Below, one piece after another: positions 1-10,600 of a DNA stretch of 64,000 bases. The notes under the pieces are model-generated. The model was given only the letters and a program-made list of their open reading frames with translations, ran no database searches and was not told the DNA's origin. This DNA comes from Gordius albopunctatus (lineage: Eukaryota), in assembly GCA_964276515.1 (NCBI GenBank), contig OZ193909.1, forward strand, positions 19,530,001 through 19,594,000, given 5' to 3'. Numbering within the stretch: the first letter of the stretch is position 1; each line of letters starts with the position of its first letter. A program made the position numbers and the translations under genes.

Positions 1-713
1 GAAAATACTAAATGCATGAAATTACCATCGGATTTTTGCCAAATTGTAGAGACGCAAACTGCTCTCATTGACCATGTATTTCCAAATCTTTACACAGAAT
101 ACAACAATCTTGATTGGCTGGCAAAAAGAGCAATATTAGCAGCAAAAAATGTGGACGTCAATGATTTAAGTTGTTGCCAGGTGACTTAATATCATATAAA
201 TCTGTCGATACAGTATGTGATGCCAACGAAGTTGTAAATTATCCGATTGAGTTTTTGAATTCTTTGGATTTGCCAGACATGCCACCGCACGATTTACATC
301 TAAAGGTCGGATCTCCTGTAATTTTACTTCGTAACCTAAACCAACCACGGCTTTGCAATGACACACGATTAGTAATAAAAAAATTATTACAAAACTCTAT
401 AGAAGTCACTATATTGAATGGCAAATTTTGCGGTTAAAATATATTGCTGTCACGAATTCCTATTTTTTTCTCAGATGTACCCATTGAATTCAAACGCATT
501 CAATTTCCTATTAGATTAGCTTTCGCAATGACAATTAATAAAGCCCAGGGCCAAACAATGTCTATTTGTGGCTTAGATTTGAGCACACCATGCTTTTCCC
601 ACGGACAACTTTATGTGGCATGTTCTCGCGTGGGTAAACCATCCAGTTTGTTTGTGTTGGCTAAAGACAATCTAACCAAAAATATTGTATACTCCATAGC
701 ACTTAGAGATTAA
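1..713 (+). pseudogene. Helitron RepHel PIF1-family helicase C-terminal region, disrupted
   Basis: Motifs RAILAAKNVDVNDL, YPIEFLNSL..PPH.L.LKVGSPVILLRNL..CN.TRL and RIQFPIRLAFAMTINKAQGQT..FSHGQLYVACSRV. In-frame TAA at 435-437 and a frame disruption near 170. Confidence 0.93.
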
Positions 714-941
714 TTGTGAAGTAAAACGGATCAGGGATTTTTTTAATCGTTTCGGTAAGTATATCAATACACTATAGATGATTTAATTAAGTTTAACTTT
801 AAATATTTGAAATATTGTGTCGATTATGTTATACAATAATCGTATCCAACAATAGGAGGTTGGCGTGAAGAGGAGGGATGGTGTAACGGATCAGGGATTT
901 GTTTTAGGTAAGTATATTAATACAATATAGATGATTTAATT

Positions 942-3900
942 TTTTTTTTAATTGACATGCTTTATTAAATAAAAAGTATTAAATATTGAGTGGAATTAAT
1001 AAAAAGATACAGGAACGAAAACCTTTATATAAAAAAATGATTCAAACTCAATATCCGTTTCTTCATCTTTGAGAATGGGCATTGAATCCATCAAAGAATA
1101 AAAATTAGATTTAGCGATCGCGATGGCAATTGATTGTCGTAGTAAAAAACTATTCGATATTTTACAAGGGGGCGAGCGTTTATTGAGTTCTTTAAAAAAA
1201 TTAATGCGCTCTTCCCAAATGTCCCTGAGCACGATGAGACGATAGGAATAAAAATCAAGGTTTGGGATAAAGCTGAATATTTTAAGGATTTCCGATGCTC
1301 TGCCGATCCAAGGGGGTCGTGAGTATCGTTGGAGGGGGCAAAAAGGTCTATACAGGTGTAGTCCCATTTTAGGAAAAGGCCTTTGTCCCATGGGATAAGG
1401 GACGAACCGTACGGGCGCATCCGCCCTTCGAGAGAGGGATCTGAAGGTTCAAGGATCGAAGGGACTTTTGCCCGTTTGAGGGCAGCTTGAAGCAGTGTAT
1501 TTATTTTTTGGTGCCTACCATACCGGCTTTTGTTAAATTTACAATGCAGAGGGTGACGTGCTTCCTCATCTACAAGTGAATTACAAAGCCGGCAGGGGTA
1601 TGAGGACGTGTATTTACAAGCCAAGCGGAAGGCTATATTGTAGGACAGGGTAGGATTCTATAAAAACATACCCGAAAATTTACTAGGGTAAGCTTCAAGC
1701 CATTCATGTCCGGATTGGTCGAAAGCCAATGACCTAAGGTTGCAATGCTGTTTGGCGTCGCATGTCGAGAGAAGGTAAGCAACGGACCGCGACACCAAGC
1801 TTGCATCCAAATCTTTTTGAGCGCATGATTGTGGTATATTAGCTCCTACATTGACGTTCTCATTCCATAAGGATAGGGCTTGATTTATGGAGGGATTAAG
1901 TGGGAATGGGACAAGGTCGTTGATATGATGTTTAAAAGATAGAGAGGAAGAAATGAAGGCGGCTAGGGAAATCGCAGTTGGTGAGCGAATACCAAGGCCA
2001 CCGGATTTTGTGGGAAGTGTGGCTTGAAGCCAAGTATTGGTGTTAAAGGAAATATTTAAAATTGATTCAAGAGTGGATTTAAAAAAGTTTTCATAGTCGT
2101 GTAAAACTTTTTTAAATAAAAAAGCTTGCGTAGAGCGGAAGCAGAATAAAATTTTGCTAATGTTGTAATAATTTTTTATAATATAAAAAGAATGATGAGA
2201 TGGCATAGATTTAAAAATGTCTAATTTGGTTTTTAAAGAAGAGAGATTTTTGTCTAAAGATTTTTTGAGACAATCGGGTCCCCCGATAGGTACGCCTAAA
2301 ACATACAAATTGTCTTTTTTAATTTTGGCAAAGTCAAAAAACTTTGGGTGAATATTATCCAAGTCAGAATATATTTCACTTTTAGAGGCGTTTAAACATA
2401 AGTTTAGAGTGGGCAAAAAAGCATGTATTACATCTAGTGCTTGGGCTAGGTTGTCAGGGGTCCCAACAAGAGTGGCGTCATCAAGATACCAGACATTAAG
2501 AGTAAGTTTACAGTGTTTGTTAATTTCGTTAATTAGGTGATTTATGGCCAAGCAGAATAAAGGGGGGCCTAGAGGATCGCCTTGTTGGATCCCTTCTGCG
2601 GATTCGAGGAAGAATTCTCCAAATTTCAAAATCGAAGGGCATCCATAACTTAAAATGATGTAGTTGGTGTAGTGGGGAAACAGTTTGATAAATTCATTAA
2701 TGAAAGCAGTGCGGCGAATGCTGTTGAAAGCATTTTTAAAATCCAGTTTTATAAAGGCACACCCGGTGGGAGGTGTTCCAGGGCTAAGCGTGCGGCATGG
2801 GTTGCTATCTCGCACCCTCCTTTGACCCCAAAGCCTAGTTGATGCGGAATTAAAATTGGGGTCAATATTGGTTTGATCGCCGAGCAAATTAATTTAGAAA
2901 TAATTCTTCGAAAAACACCGCCGATAGCGATAGGCCTGGCTGAATTGTCGGCCTTCCTAATAGCTAAAAGCTTAGCTCCAAAGACTATGGGCGTTATTTC
3001 TTTAGGTATACTCCCATTGACTAAAAGGTTACAAAATTTGGTGAGTAAGTCTAATGAGATGGAGGAGTTATTATTATCAATTGTTATAAGATCTTTTAAA
3101 AAAATTGGTTTTATGCCGTCGAGACCACCTGCAGAATCCATGGGAAAGGATAAGATGGCATCTCGAATTTCTGGTGACTTAAAAGCAATATCTGAAGGTT
3201 GCGAGGGCGATAGGTAAGTAGACGATAGACTCTGGGGGTGTTTGAGAACCATTTCTTCGTATGATTTTTGTGAAGGACTCAAAAATGAATTGTCTTCTTC
3301 AAGAAATCTGATTGCACCTTTTATGTTGAAAGCGTCGATTTTTCTAGTGATCATATTCGCTTTTTGTTTGGGAGTTAATATGTGGGATTCCTTTCTCTCA
3401 ATGTTATATGCTGGAGGGCTGTTTTGACTGTCGAACTTTAAAACTGATAGTTTAATATTATGAGTGATATTTGCTTCTTTGTCTTGAGGAATGGATAAAA
3501 TGTAAAAAGAGAATTTAAATAGTTTCTCCCAATAGGAAAGGTTCTGAGGGAGGGAAATAATATTTTTAAGTAAGTTTATTAAAAACTGTTGCATGCACCC
3601 CCGGGCCCCCCTTGGAATTCTGGATATGGTTGGTGGGAATGTTTGAGATAAAAAGGCTGTACTCCATGTCATGTCATTTTTTCATTTGTGGTATAGTAGG
3701 TTTGATGAGGTATTAGATTAGGAATATCAGTACCAGAGGAACTGAGAATGAGAATAATGTTATCTTCCAATATTAAGGTTGATGGTGGACATGTAGTGTT
3801 TGGGGGAGCGAGCTTCCCCGAGGAGAAGCATTTATTGGTGACAGGGCCATGTTGTAAAAAACAATTCTTTTTGTTTAATGAGATATTTCTATGACACAAG

Positions 3901-4055
3901 GGGCATAGGTCTTTTAAAAGGACCATTTAATATGTATATGAATTTTATCAGACAAAGAAAAGAATTTATTCATGTCAAAACTGATGATTTATTGTAAGAC
4001 TCTGAGTAATTATGAGTGGGAGGATAAAGGACAACCTTAAGGATAGAGTAAGTGG
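942..4055 (-). mobile_element. Full-length CRE-clade-like non-LTR retrotransposon (RT + restriction-like endonuclease)
   Basis: Poly(A) tail (T-run ending at 949) with AATAAA at 961-966 on the minus strand. 7-bp TSD TTTAATT at 935-941 and 4056-4062. Single frameshifted ORF with CRE-type motifs. Confidence 0.88.
1091..3926 (-). pseudogene. CRE-like polyprotein: N-terminal Zn finger, RT, CCHC knuckle, RLE; split over several frames
   Basis: CPLC-x14-HG-x5-C; RPIAIG; QLGFGVKGG; KLDFKNAFNS; QQGDPLGP; WYLDD; WLQATLP..GGLGIR; CRLC..HPLHC..RH; RP(Y)G..WD (the catalytic PD appears mutated to PY). Confidence 0.9.
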
Positions 4056-4759
4056 TTTAATTATGTTTAAACTTTAAATATTTCAAATATTGTGTAGATT
4101 ATTGCATATCATTTTAGATTCATTAGAAGGACGGTGGGGTGGATAGGCGGGATGGCTGGTTATAAACGGATCAAGGATTTGTTTTTATCGTTTTGGTATA
4201 GTACATTATAGACGATTTAATTAAGTTACACTTTAAATATTTGAAATATTGTGTCGATTATTTTATACAAGAATCGTATCCATTCATAGGACAGTGGCGT
4301 GAGGAGAAGGGATGGCGTACCGGATCAGGGATTTGTTTAGGTAAGTATACTGATACAATATAGATGATTTAATTATGTTAAAACTTTAAATATTGGAAAT
4401 ATTCTGTTGATTATATTATATTATTTTAAATAAATTAAAAGGACGGTGGGGTAGAGAGGAGGGATGGCGGGTTATAAACGGATCAGGGATTTGTTTTAGG
4501 TAAGTATATTAACACATTATTTAATTATCTTTAATTATGTTGTTATCAATATAATAATTTTAGATTTATATTTTGGAAATTTCTGGCCAGCATTCCATTT
4601 TTTATTTAAAATTATAAGATCCTGACTCGAAATTAGAAGATGTTATAAAATATATAACTAACGAATGTACATATAGCAAAACAACGTTTGCCGGGTCAGC
4701 TAGTAATAAAAATATAAGTAAGCTTAGTTATTTAAATAGAAAAAAAATATTTTTGACAA

Positions 4760-5330
4760 GTTGATTTTGAGATGTCTTCCATTAAAGCTCTAAAAACAAT
4801 ATTCACTGAAATTATACTTCAAGGTAAAATTTATACAATATATAGTAAAATAGATTCTTTTTAGATTGCTACTCCCAAGTGGGCCTTGCTAAAGAATACA
4901 TTAAAGACAAAAATATCCTAACAGTTATTAAGAAAATATGCAATACACCATATCTCAGGAAAAAGGATTGGATGTAATTTATAAAAAATATATGACTTCC
5001 TCAGAACATCTCAATAATGCCAATTTGGAAAAAAATTTAAGATATATTAAAAATGTTTGTATAATTTATGGCAAAAATATGAAGCTCCTGGTATGGACTA
5101 TTAATAACCATTTGGAAGGATTCCATAATGCCATGAATGAGTAAAGCAGCGGCATCCAGATATATATAGTTTTTCCAAACTTTAAAAGAACATCAGAAAA
5201 ATATTGAAACAAAAATTATACAAATTAACAAAGGCAATATTTTATATCAAGTTTAAAGAAAGCTGGAAGCTAAAGCCCAAAGAATTAGGTGTTTAAAATT
5301 ACATTATAGAATAAATTATATAGATTGTTG
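4760..5330 (+). pseudogene. Decayed MULE (Mutator-like) transposase fragment
   Basis: DFEMSSIKALKTIF..QG/CY resembles TDFE.A...A....FP....GC.FH, and TINNHLEGFHN resembles TNN.LEG.H. Probable 41-nt GT-AG intron at 4824-4864; stops present. Confidence 0.65.
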
Positions 5331-5425
5331 TGAATTTAGTCCATTTGTAAATCAATAAACTTAATTAAGACTGTATTAATATGTATTAAAAAATTTATAA
5401 GATTATATTTATGTTAATTAACTAC

Positions 5426-6515
5426 TAATTCTAACTAACTTTGCCATTAAATAGTCATTTATCGAATAAAGTATATGTTCATTTATTTATTTCATATTGC
5501 ACAATTATAGAAATTATAGTAAATTTGAATGCACCTGCCAACCCAGATTATAATGTGAAAAGAAATGAATATGACAAAACAATGTATTCACATAAATTCT
5601 TATTAAGGTTCAAAATTTTGGGAGGTGTACTATTAGTTGAAGCATAAAAACGTTTAAAAAAACTCATGATTTAAGATTTAATCAATTACGGGTTTTCGGC
5701 TGCCAGGACTTGATTCCGACAATCAACCTCCTCGAACTCATCGCCATCCAGCTCGCCTACATCAAGACCATAGTCGACACTGCACACATAAACCCCAAGG
5801 TCCTCACGGACTCGAAAACAGCGTTTTATATCATGAAAAAGGGGTCCGCACATGTGCCGCATTTGGAATTGGCTTTCACCAAAATCTGCAACAAGATGGG
5901 CCTAGATCACATGCTCCCGATTAAGCAGAACCTGGAGTGGGTATCTACGGACTGCAACCCTGCCGACGTTCCCTCCCGGGAGAGCTTCTTCGACAAAGCC
6001 CAGCTGGGGAGAATTGTCTTCTGGTCACGCTCGAACCTTTCACACACCCAGAAAAACAACTTGTTTGCCATACGATAAAAACCGTAAGAGATCCTAAGAA
6101 TTACACTATATCTCATAACATATTTTTTACCACTTTTATCTTTTCTCTCGCGTATTACTTAACCCTTGACGCTCGCTAGTGTGAAAATTTCTCGCGTTAT
6201 TACTCATGATTATATATTTTTTTTGTAATGTATGGATAGATATAAAATAAAACAAGAGATAGGGGGATATCCCGAATGAACTCTCCCTTCTCATGGAGTA
6301 ATTATAAATTGGTAGTCAATCAGTTCGAATAAATAAACTAGTTAAACTAATTTAGCTCGAGATTTTTGAGCACCCGACTAACGATTTCAAAAGTACAATA
6401 TAGTATTTAATGACCCCGTAATAGATTAAATCTAAAGCATGAGTTTTCTAGAAGTTTTTATGCTTCGACTATATTCAATAAATAACTATTTAGTGTCAAA
6501 GTTAGTTAGAATTGG
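5426..6515. repeat. Dispersed inverted homology flanking the RNase H fragment
   Basis: 5634-5695 matches the reverse complement of 6413-6471, and 5426-5468 matches the reverse complement of ~6472-6515. Confidence 0.75.
5696..6078 (+). mobile_element. Isolated DIRS/Ngaro-type (or hepadna-like) RNase H domain fragment
   Basis: INLLELIAIQLA, VLTDSKTA, KKGS and EWVSTDCNPADVPSR motifs. GC-rich island in an AT-rich context; no RT upstream. Confidence 0.7.
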
Positions 6516-7217
6516 AAGATAAATATTTGGAATATAAATTTGATTTTAATTATTTTTGTCATAAATTTAAATACGTGCAATTTAGAGTTCAAAACCTCAT
6601 ATTTCTAATCCTATAATAATGCTGCTTTTATTGTTGTTTCTACCCGTTTTTTTATGTGCATCTAGTTATCAATTCTGTAAATAATAATATTTATATTAAA
6701 AGTCACTCGCACATTGTGGTTTATAACGCTATAGTAAACATGCAATAAACACTATGGGCTATAATTAATAATGGTACTAATGGACTTAAATGTTTGCCTT
6801 AAATATGTTAAGGTCTACTTTGAAGCTTTAGCCAGGGTTAATAAAGGGTCTCAATTTGCTAAATTGTGCAACTAAGTCAACTATAACCGAAATTATTATT
6901 TTCTACATCTATATAGTTGACATAACAATGATTTGATAGAAATTTTATAATTTGCTAGAACAATGAAATTTATTTTTCTATACTTCAAATTTATTTATAG
7001 TTTTTTAGTCTGCACTTTTTATAGAAAATGTTATTTTTTTGAATGAATTCATATCTTTATATTGACAATGAGATGTTGTGTCCCGCTAAATCTCTAAAAG
7101 GTTTGTGTATCAAAGTTTATCAAAAAAATAAAAATTTGCCATTTTAATTTTTTAACACTTATTTAATATTTTTAATAAAGCAAGAGAAATGTTTATTCCG
7201 TATATTTTTTTTTCAAA

Positions 7218-7332
7218 GTCGAGACGAGACGAGATCGAGATTTTTTAGATCGAGACGAGACGAGATTTTCATAATCGCTCCCGAGACGAAACGAGATTTC
7301 GTTTTCGAGACCGAGAAGAGATCAAAACACTA
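7218..7332. mobile_element. hAT-like element end with CGAGAC subterminal repeats
   Basis: Clustered (C)GAGAC/GAGAT motifs ending in CAAAACACTA (TAGTGTTTTG terminus); the other end was not found. Confidence 0.5.
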
Positions 7333-7615
7333 ATTACCGCTATCCAAAGTGACAAGCAGTCATAGAAAGAAGAATATTTCCACATAGCCACTCAGGGTAT
7401 TAATTTTTTAAAAGGCACTCTACACGTATAGGCGTAATTAATTACAGTTAGATTGGTTGTTTGACGTACATCTTCAGCAGTTATTTGTAACATGTATAAA
7501 ATAAATTAACAATTTGATCGCTGATGCAAATTTTATATTTTATTTTTGTCTAGCATAAAATTCGGTAATAATAATTTCGAATACAAGATGCGCTGTATTA
7601 TCTTTTACAGATACT

Positions 7616-10600
7616 TTATTTATCATAACTTCCGTCGTAAGGTTCCCTTTCCAATGATTTCTCATATGAGGAGGCTTTTTCATATGAAGTCGACTTTTCG
7701 TAAGACGGTGAATACGAAAATTTTTCATAACCGTTACTATAAGCTTTTTCGTAACTTTTCGCTTTATCATAATCGTTATCATCGTAACCACTATCGAGAC
7801 CAGTATAATCTTTAGATTCCGGATAGAAAGATTTCGATTTAGCATATGAATAATAGGGATCATTTTGAATATTTGGTGCAATGGTTCGCAAGTAGGGATA
7901 ATTGTAATCGTATTCAAAGGCAAAATCGAAATCATAGTATTCCTTGTAATAGTAATTGATGTACATTTTGGTCATCTTCTTTAGGTTGCCTTTACCCATC
8001 GCTACGTTTAGCGGCAATTTTCTGAGCAACTTGAGCACCAGCCACAACTCACTCTTGTTAGGAATGTAAGGATTAGGCACTTCCAACTTATATTTCCATG
8101 GCATATGACTACGTGGATCTTGGGTTTATAATAATAATATAAAGAGTTTAACATTTCAAAAATAATATTATCATGTTATTGTTTGAAAAAAAGATTTTAA
8201 GACGTAACTATAGGATAATTAGTCAGCTTAGTACAGCCTAAATTCTATATCGTGTTAAGTCATCTAAAGCTTGAGAAAAAAATAATTAATAACAAAAGAT
8301 TTTATATGTGTTACCGATTTGCCACTTACTGTATTTTAAGCATTTTTTTATCGCTATGGCAACTCCTATTAGTAGCACAACTGTAAAAGAAACGCTTGCT
8401 CCAAATAGTATGAGTATCTTTATAGATAATGTCGGTTTTCGTCTAGTTGTAACTTTCACATGTGTGCAGTATCCTATAATCAAGGTAATAATAATAAGGT
8501 AAATAATAATATTTAAAAATTTCTTTGACGTTCTATTTTAGTTGTAGAATATAAGATAAATTCAGGCAACTATCCTGGATAATGACAGAAAACGTTCATT
8601 TGCTTTCTACTATAAAATTACGCTTAAGCAGTGCCTTAATAAATGGCATCACTTTATGTCAAATTTATAGATAAAGGTTAAATATAATTTTAGGTAATGC
8701 AACGTGTTCATGAGGCAAAATAGGCCGTAATTTGTTAAAAATGTTTAATATAATTTGATAACGTATGAAAAAGTTAGCATTTTATTTAACCTTTTTCTTT
8801 AGTAATATTTAGAGTGGTTTCATCTAATTCTATTGTGTCACCGTTGGCGATAGTATAAGGTGATTCTTTAATCAAAAGTTCAAGGCGAGCGCCTATGTCA
8901 TCTATCGGATCTTTTAGGAAGATTTTAAGCGTGATCATTAAGTCGACATCGCTAAAATGCAATAGTGTTTTGATATCATTAAATATTTTGACAAGTTAAT
9001 TGAACTTAGAAGTTTTCCTCTAAAACAATAAAAAATAAGGTTTTGGTTTGTAAGAGGTTGAATAAATATAATGATTACTTGTAGTTCATATTTGTACGAA
9101 CATAGCTTTCCCCAATTCTTAGGGAAAATTTGTTGTGTAACTAGAATAAATCACAAGGTTGTTAATATTTTACGAAATTGAAAAGTTCTTAAATATAAAT
9201 TTCTGTCTATATGACCGACTTCAATAATGTCTTTGATTTAATTTTTTAGGCATCAACGCATTTAAAATCTTTAACTTACTAGCATGCTTATATAATTCCT
9301 TATGAGAATCATTTCTATGTTTGAGTCATTTGTTCTGTTGATATTAAACGCGACATTGATCAAGCAATTGAATTTGGTGGGTACTAAAAAGATACACTAT
9401 AACAGCGATTGAAAGATGGTTGCACGCATTATATCAGTAAACGCGACATAAAGTTAAAGAGTTTCTTTATAAAGCCTAGATATAATTTAAAAATCTTTTA
9501 CCGTGCCCATAACTTTCAATGGTATCTTAAAAAATATTAGAACAAACCCAGATAAGTAGTTAAACTGTCATCAATGAGCTAAGTTGATAAATTAGAAAGA
9601 CAAATAATAACCCAATATTTTGATCAGTTGCTGAGAACCGATATTTTGAGTTGTCTTTTGAAAAGAGTATAATAATTTTGTCAAAATATTTCATTGCGTT
9701 CAATGTGAAATTCATTTGTAAAGATTTAGGAGGGGAGTGAAATCAAGAGAAAGCTGATCTTATGATTATTATGTATATGTCGATTGCCATATAGGACCAT
9801 TATTCGTGTAACAAATAGTTTGAAGGTAAGGATATGTAAGTATTTATTCCTAAATGATCAAATCAAATGTGACATACTTGGTGTACATGTGTAAGGCCCG
9901 GCAATCTTTTCTTCGTTTACACACAAACATATTGATCCTACACATTCCGTATCGCGTGCAATAACTTTGCATTCTTTGGTGCTCCAACAAGCTTCTCCTA
10001 TCTTTTTCCCTAACAATAATTTCATGAGTAAAAATGTATTTGGCATTATAATTCTCGTCCTAATATAAGAATTAGAACAACAGGGCGTAGGCAGGATTGG
10101 AGTTAGAGGGGGGGGGGGCAATAATAATTTTGGGAGGGGGGAAATGAATTTTTTTAATTCCAGCCATAATCATATTAAATTTTAAAGTATTTATGAATGA
10201 AGAGGGGAATAAGCCGCCCCTCTCTGCCACCCCCTGGCTACGCCCATGTGTACGTTTCTAAAATATTTAATGAATACTTTTAAGGCTGCTAGAGCTTGAG
10301 CTAGTTCCTCTGAAAAGTTAAATTATTTGACCTTAGAAGAAAAGGCGATGAATTAAAAGTGTTAACATTACTTTAGATAGATAGACACAAGAAGCATGAA
10401 TCAGTTAAATTTAAAACTTATTATAATACCCAAAGAAAGGGTCACCTAAATTAAAACTATTTTTATTTTAACATTCAATCCAGCTGAATAAAATGTAAAA
10501 ATCAGATATAAGCCTATTCTAAAATTCTATCTGTATAAATTGTCCTACCCATTTTGCACTTCTTAGCTTCTTCGTACATACCCCCCTCACATGTGCACTT

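Larger units (their letters stand above)
725..4560 (+). repeat. ~157-bp tandem minisatellite in the Helitron 3' region (5 units, split by the insertion at 942-4055)
   Basis: Anchor AACGGATCAGGGATTT (or close variant) at ~725, 886, 4165, 4320 and 4477. Spacing is 155-161 bp once the 3121-bp insertion plus TSD is removed. Confidence 0.9.
1..4703 (+). mobile_element. Helitron, 3' part (helicase end, minisatellite-containing 3' region, terminal hairpin + CTAG), interrupted by a CRE-like element
   Basis: PIF1 helicase C-terminus at 1-713. Subterminal hairpin GCAAAACAACGTTTGC (4676-4691), then CGGGTCAGCTAG ending at 4703 and followed by T, the canonical Helitron 3' end. Confidence 0.88.

Noticed and set aside
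725..4560. CRISPR-like repeat-spacer array
   Set aside because: Whole units are homologous with no unique spacers; eukaryotic context and no cas genes.
5631..6474. Pack-type TIR element with TAT TSD enclosing the RNase H fragment
   Set aside because: The inverted homology continues outside the supposed termini (5426-5468 vs 6472-6515), so two facing copies of a repeat explain it better and TAT is likely chance.
7540..7935. Alternative ORFs 7540-7935(-) and 7546-7815(+)
   Set aside because: Shadow frames of the low-complexity Tyr-rich exon; only the 7616 frame is in phase with upstream exons.
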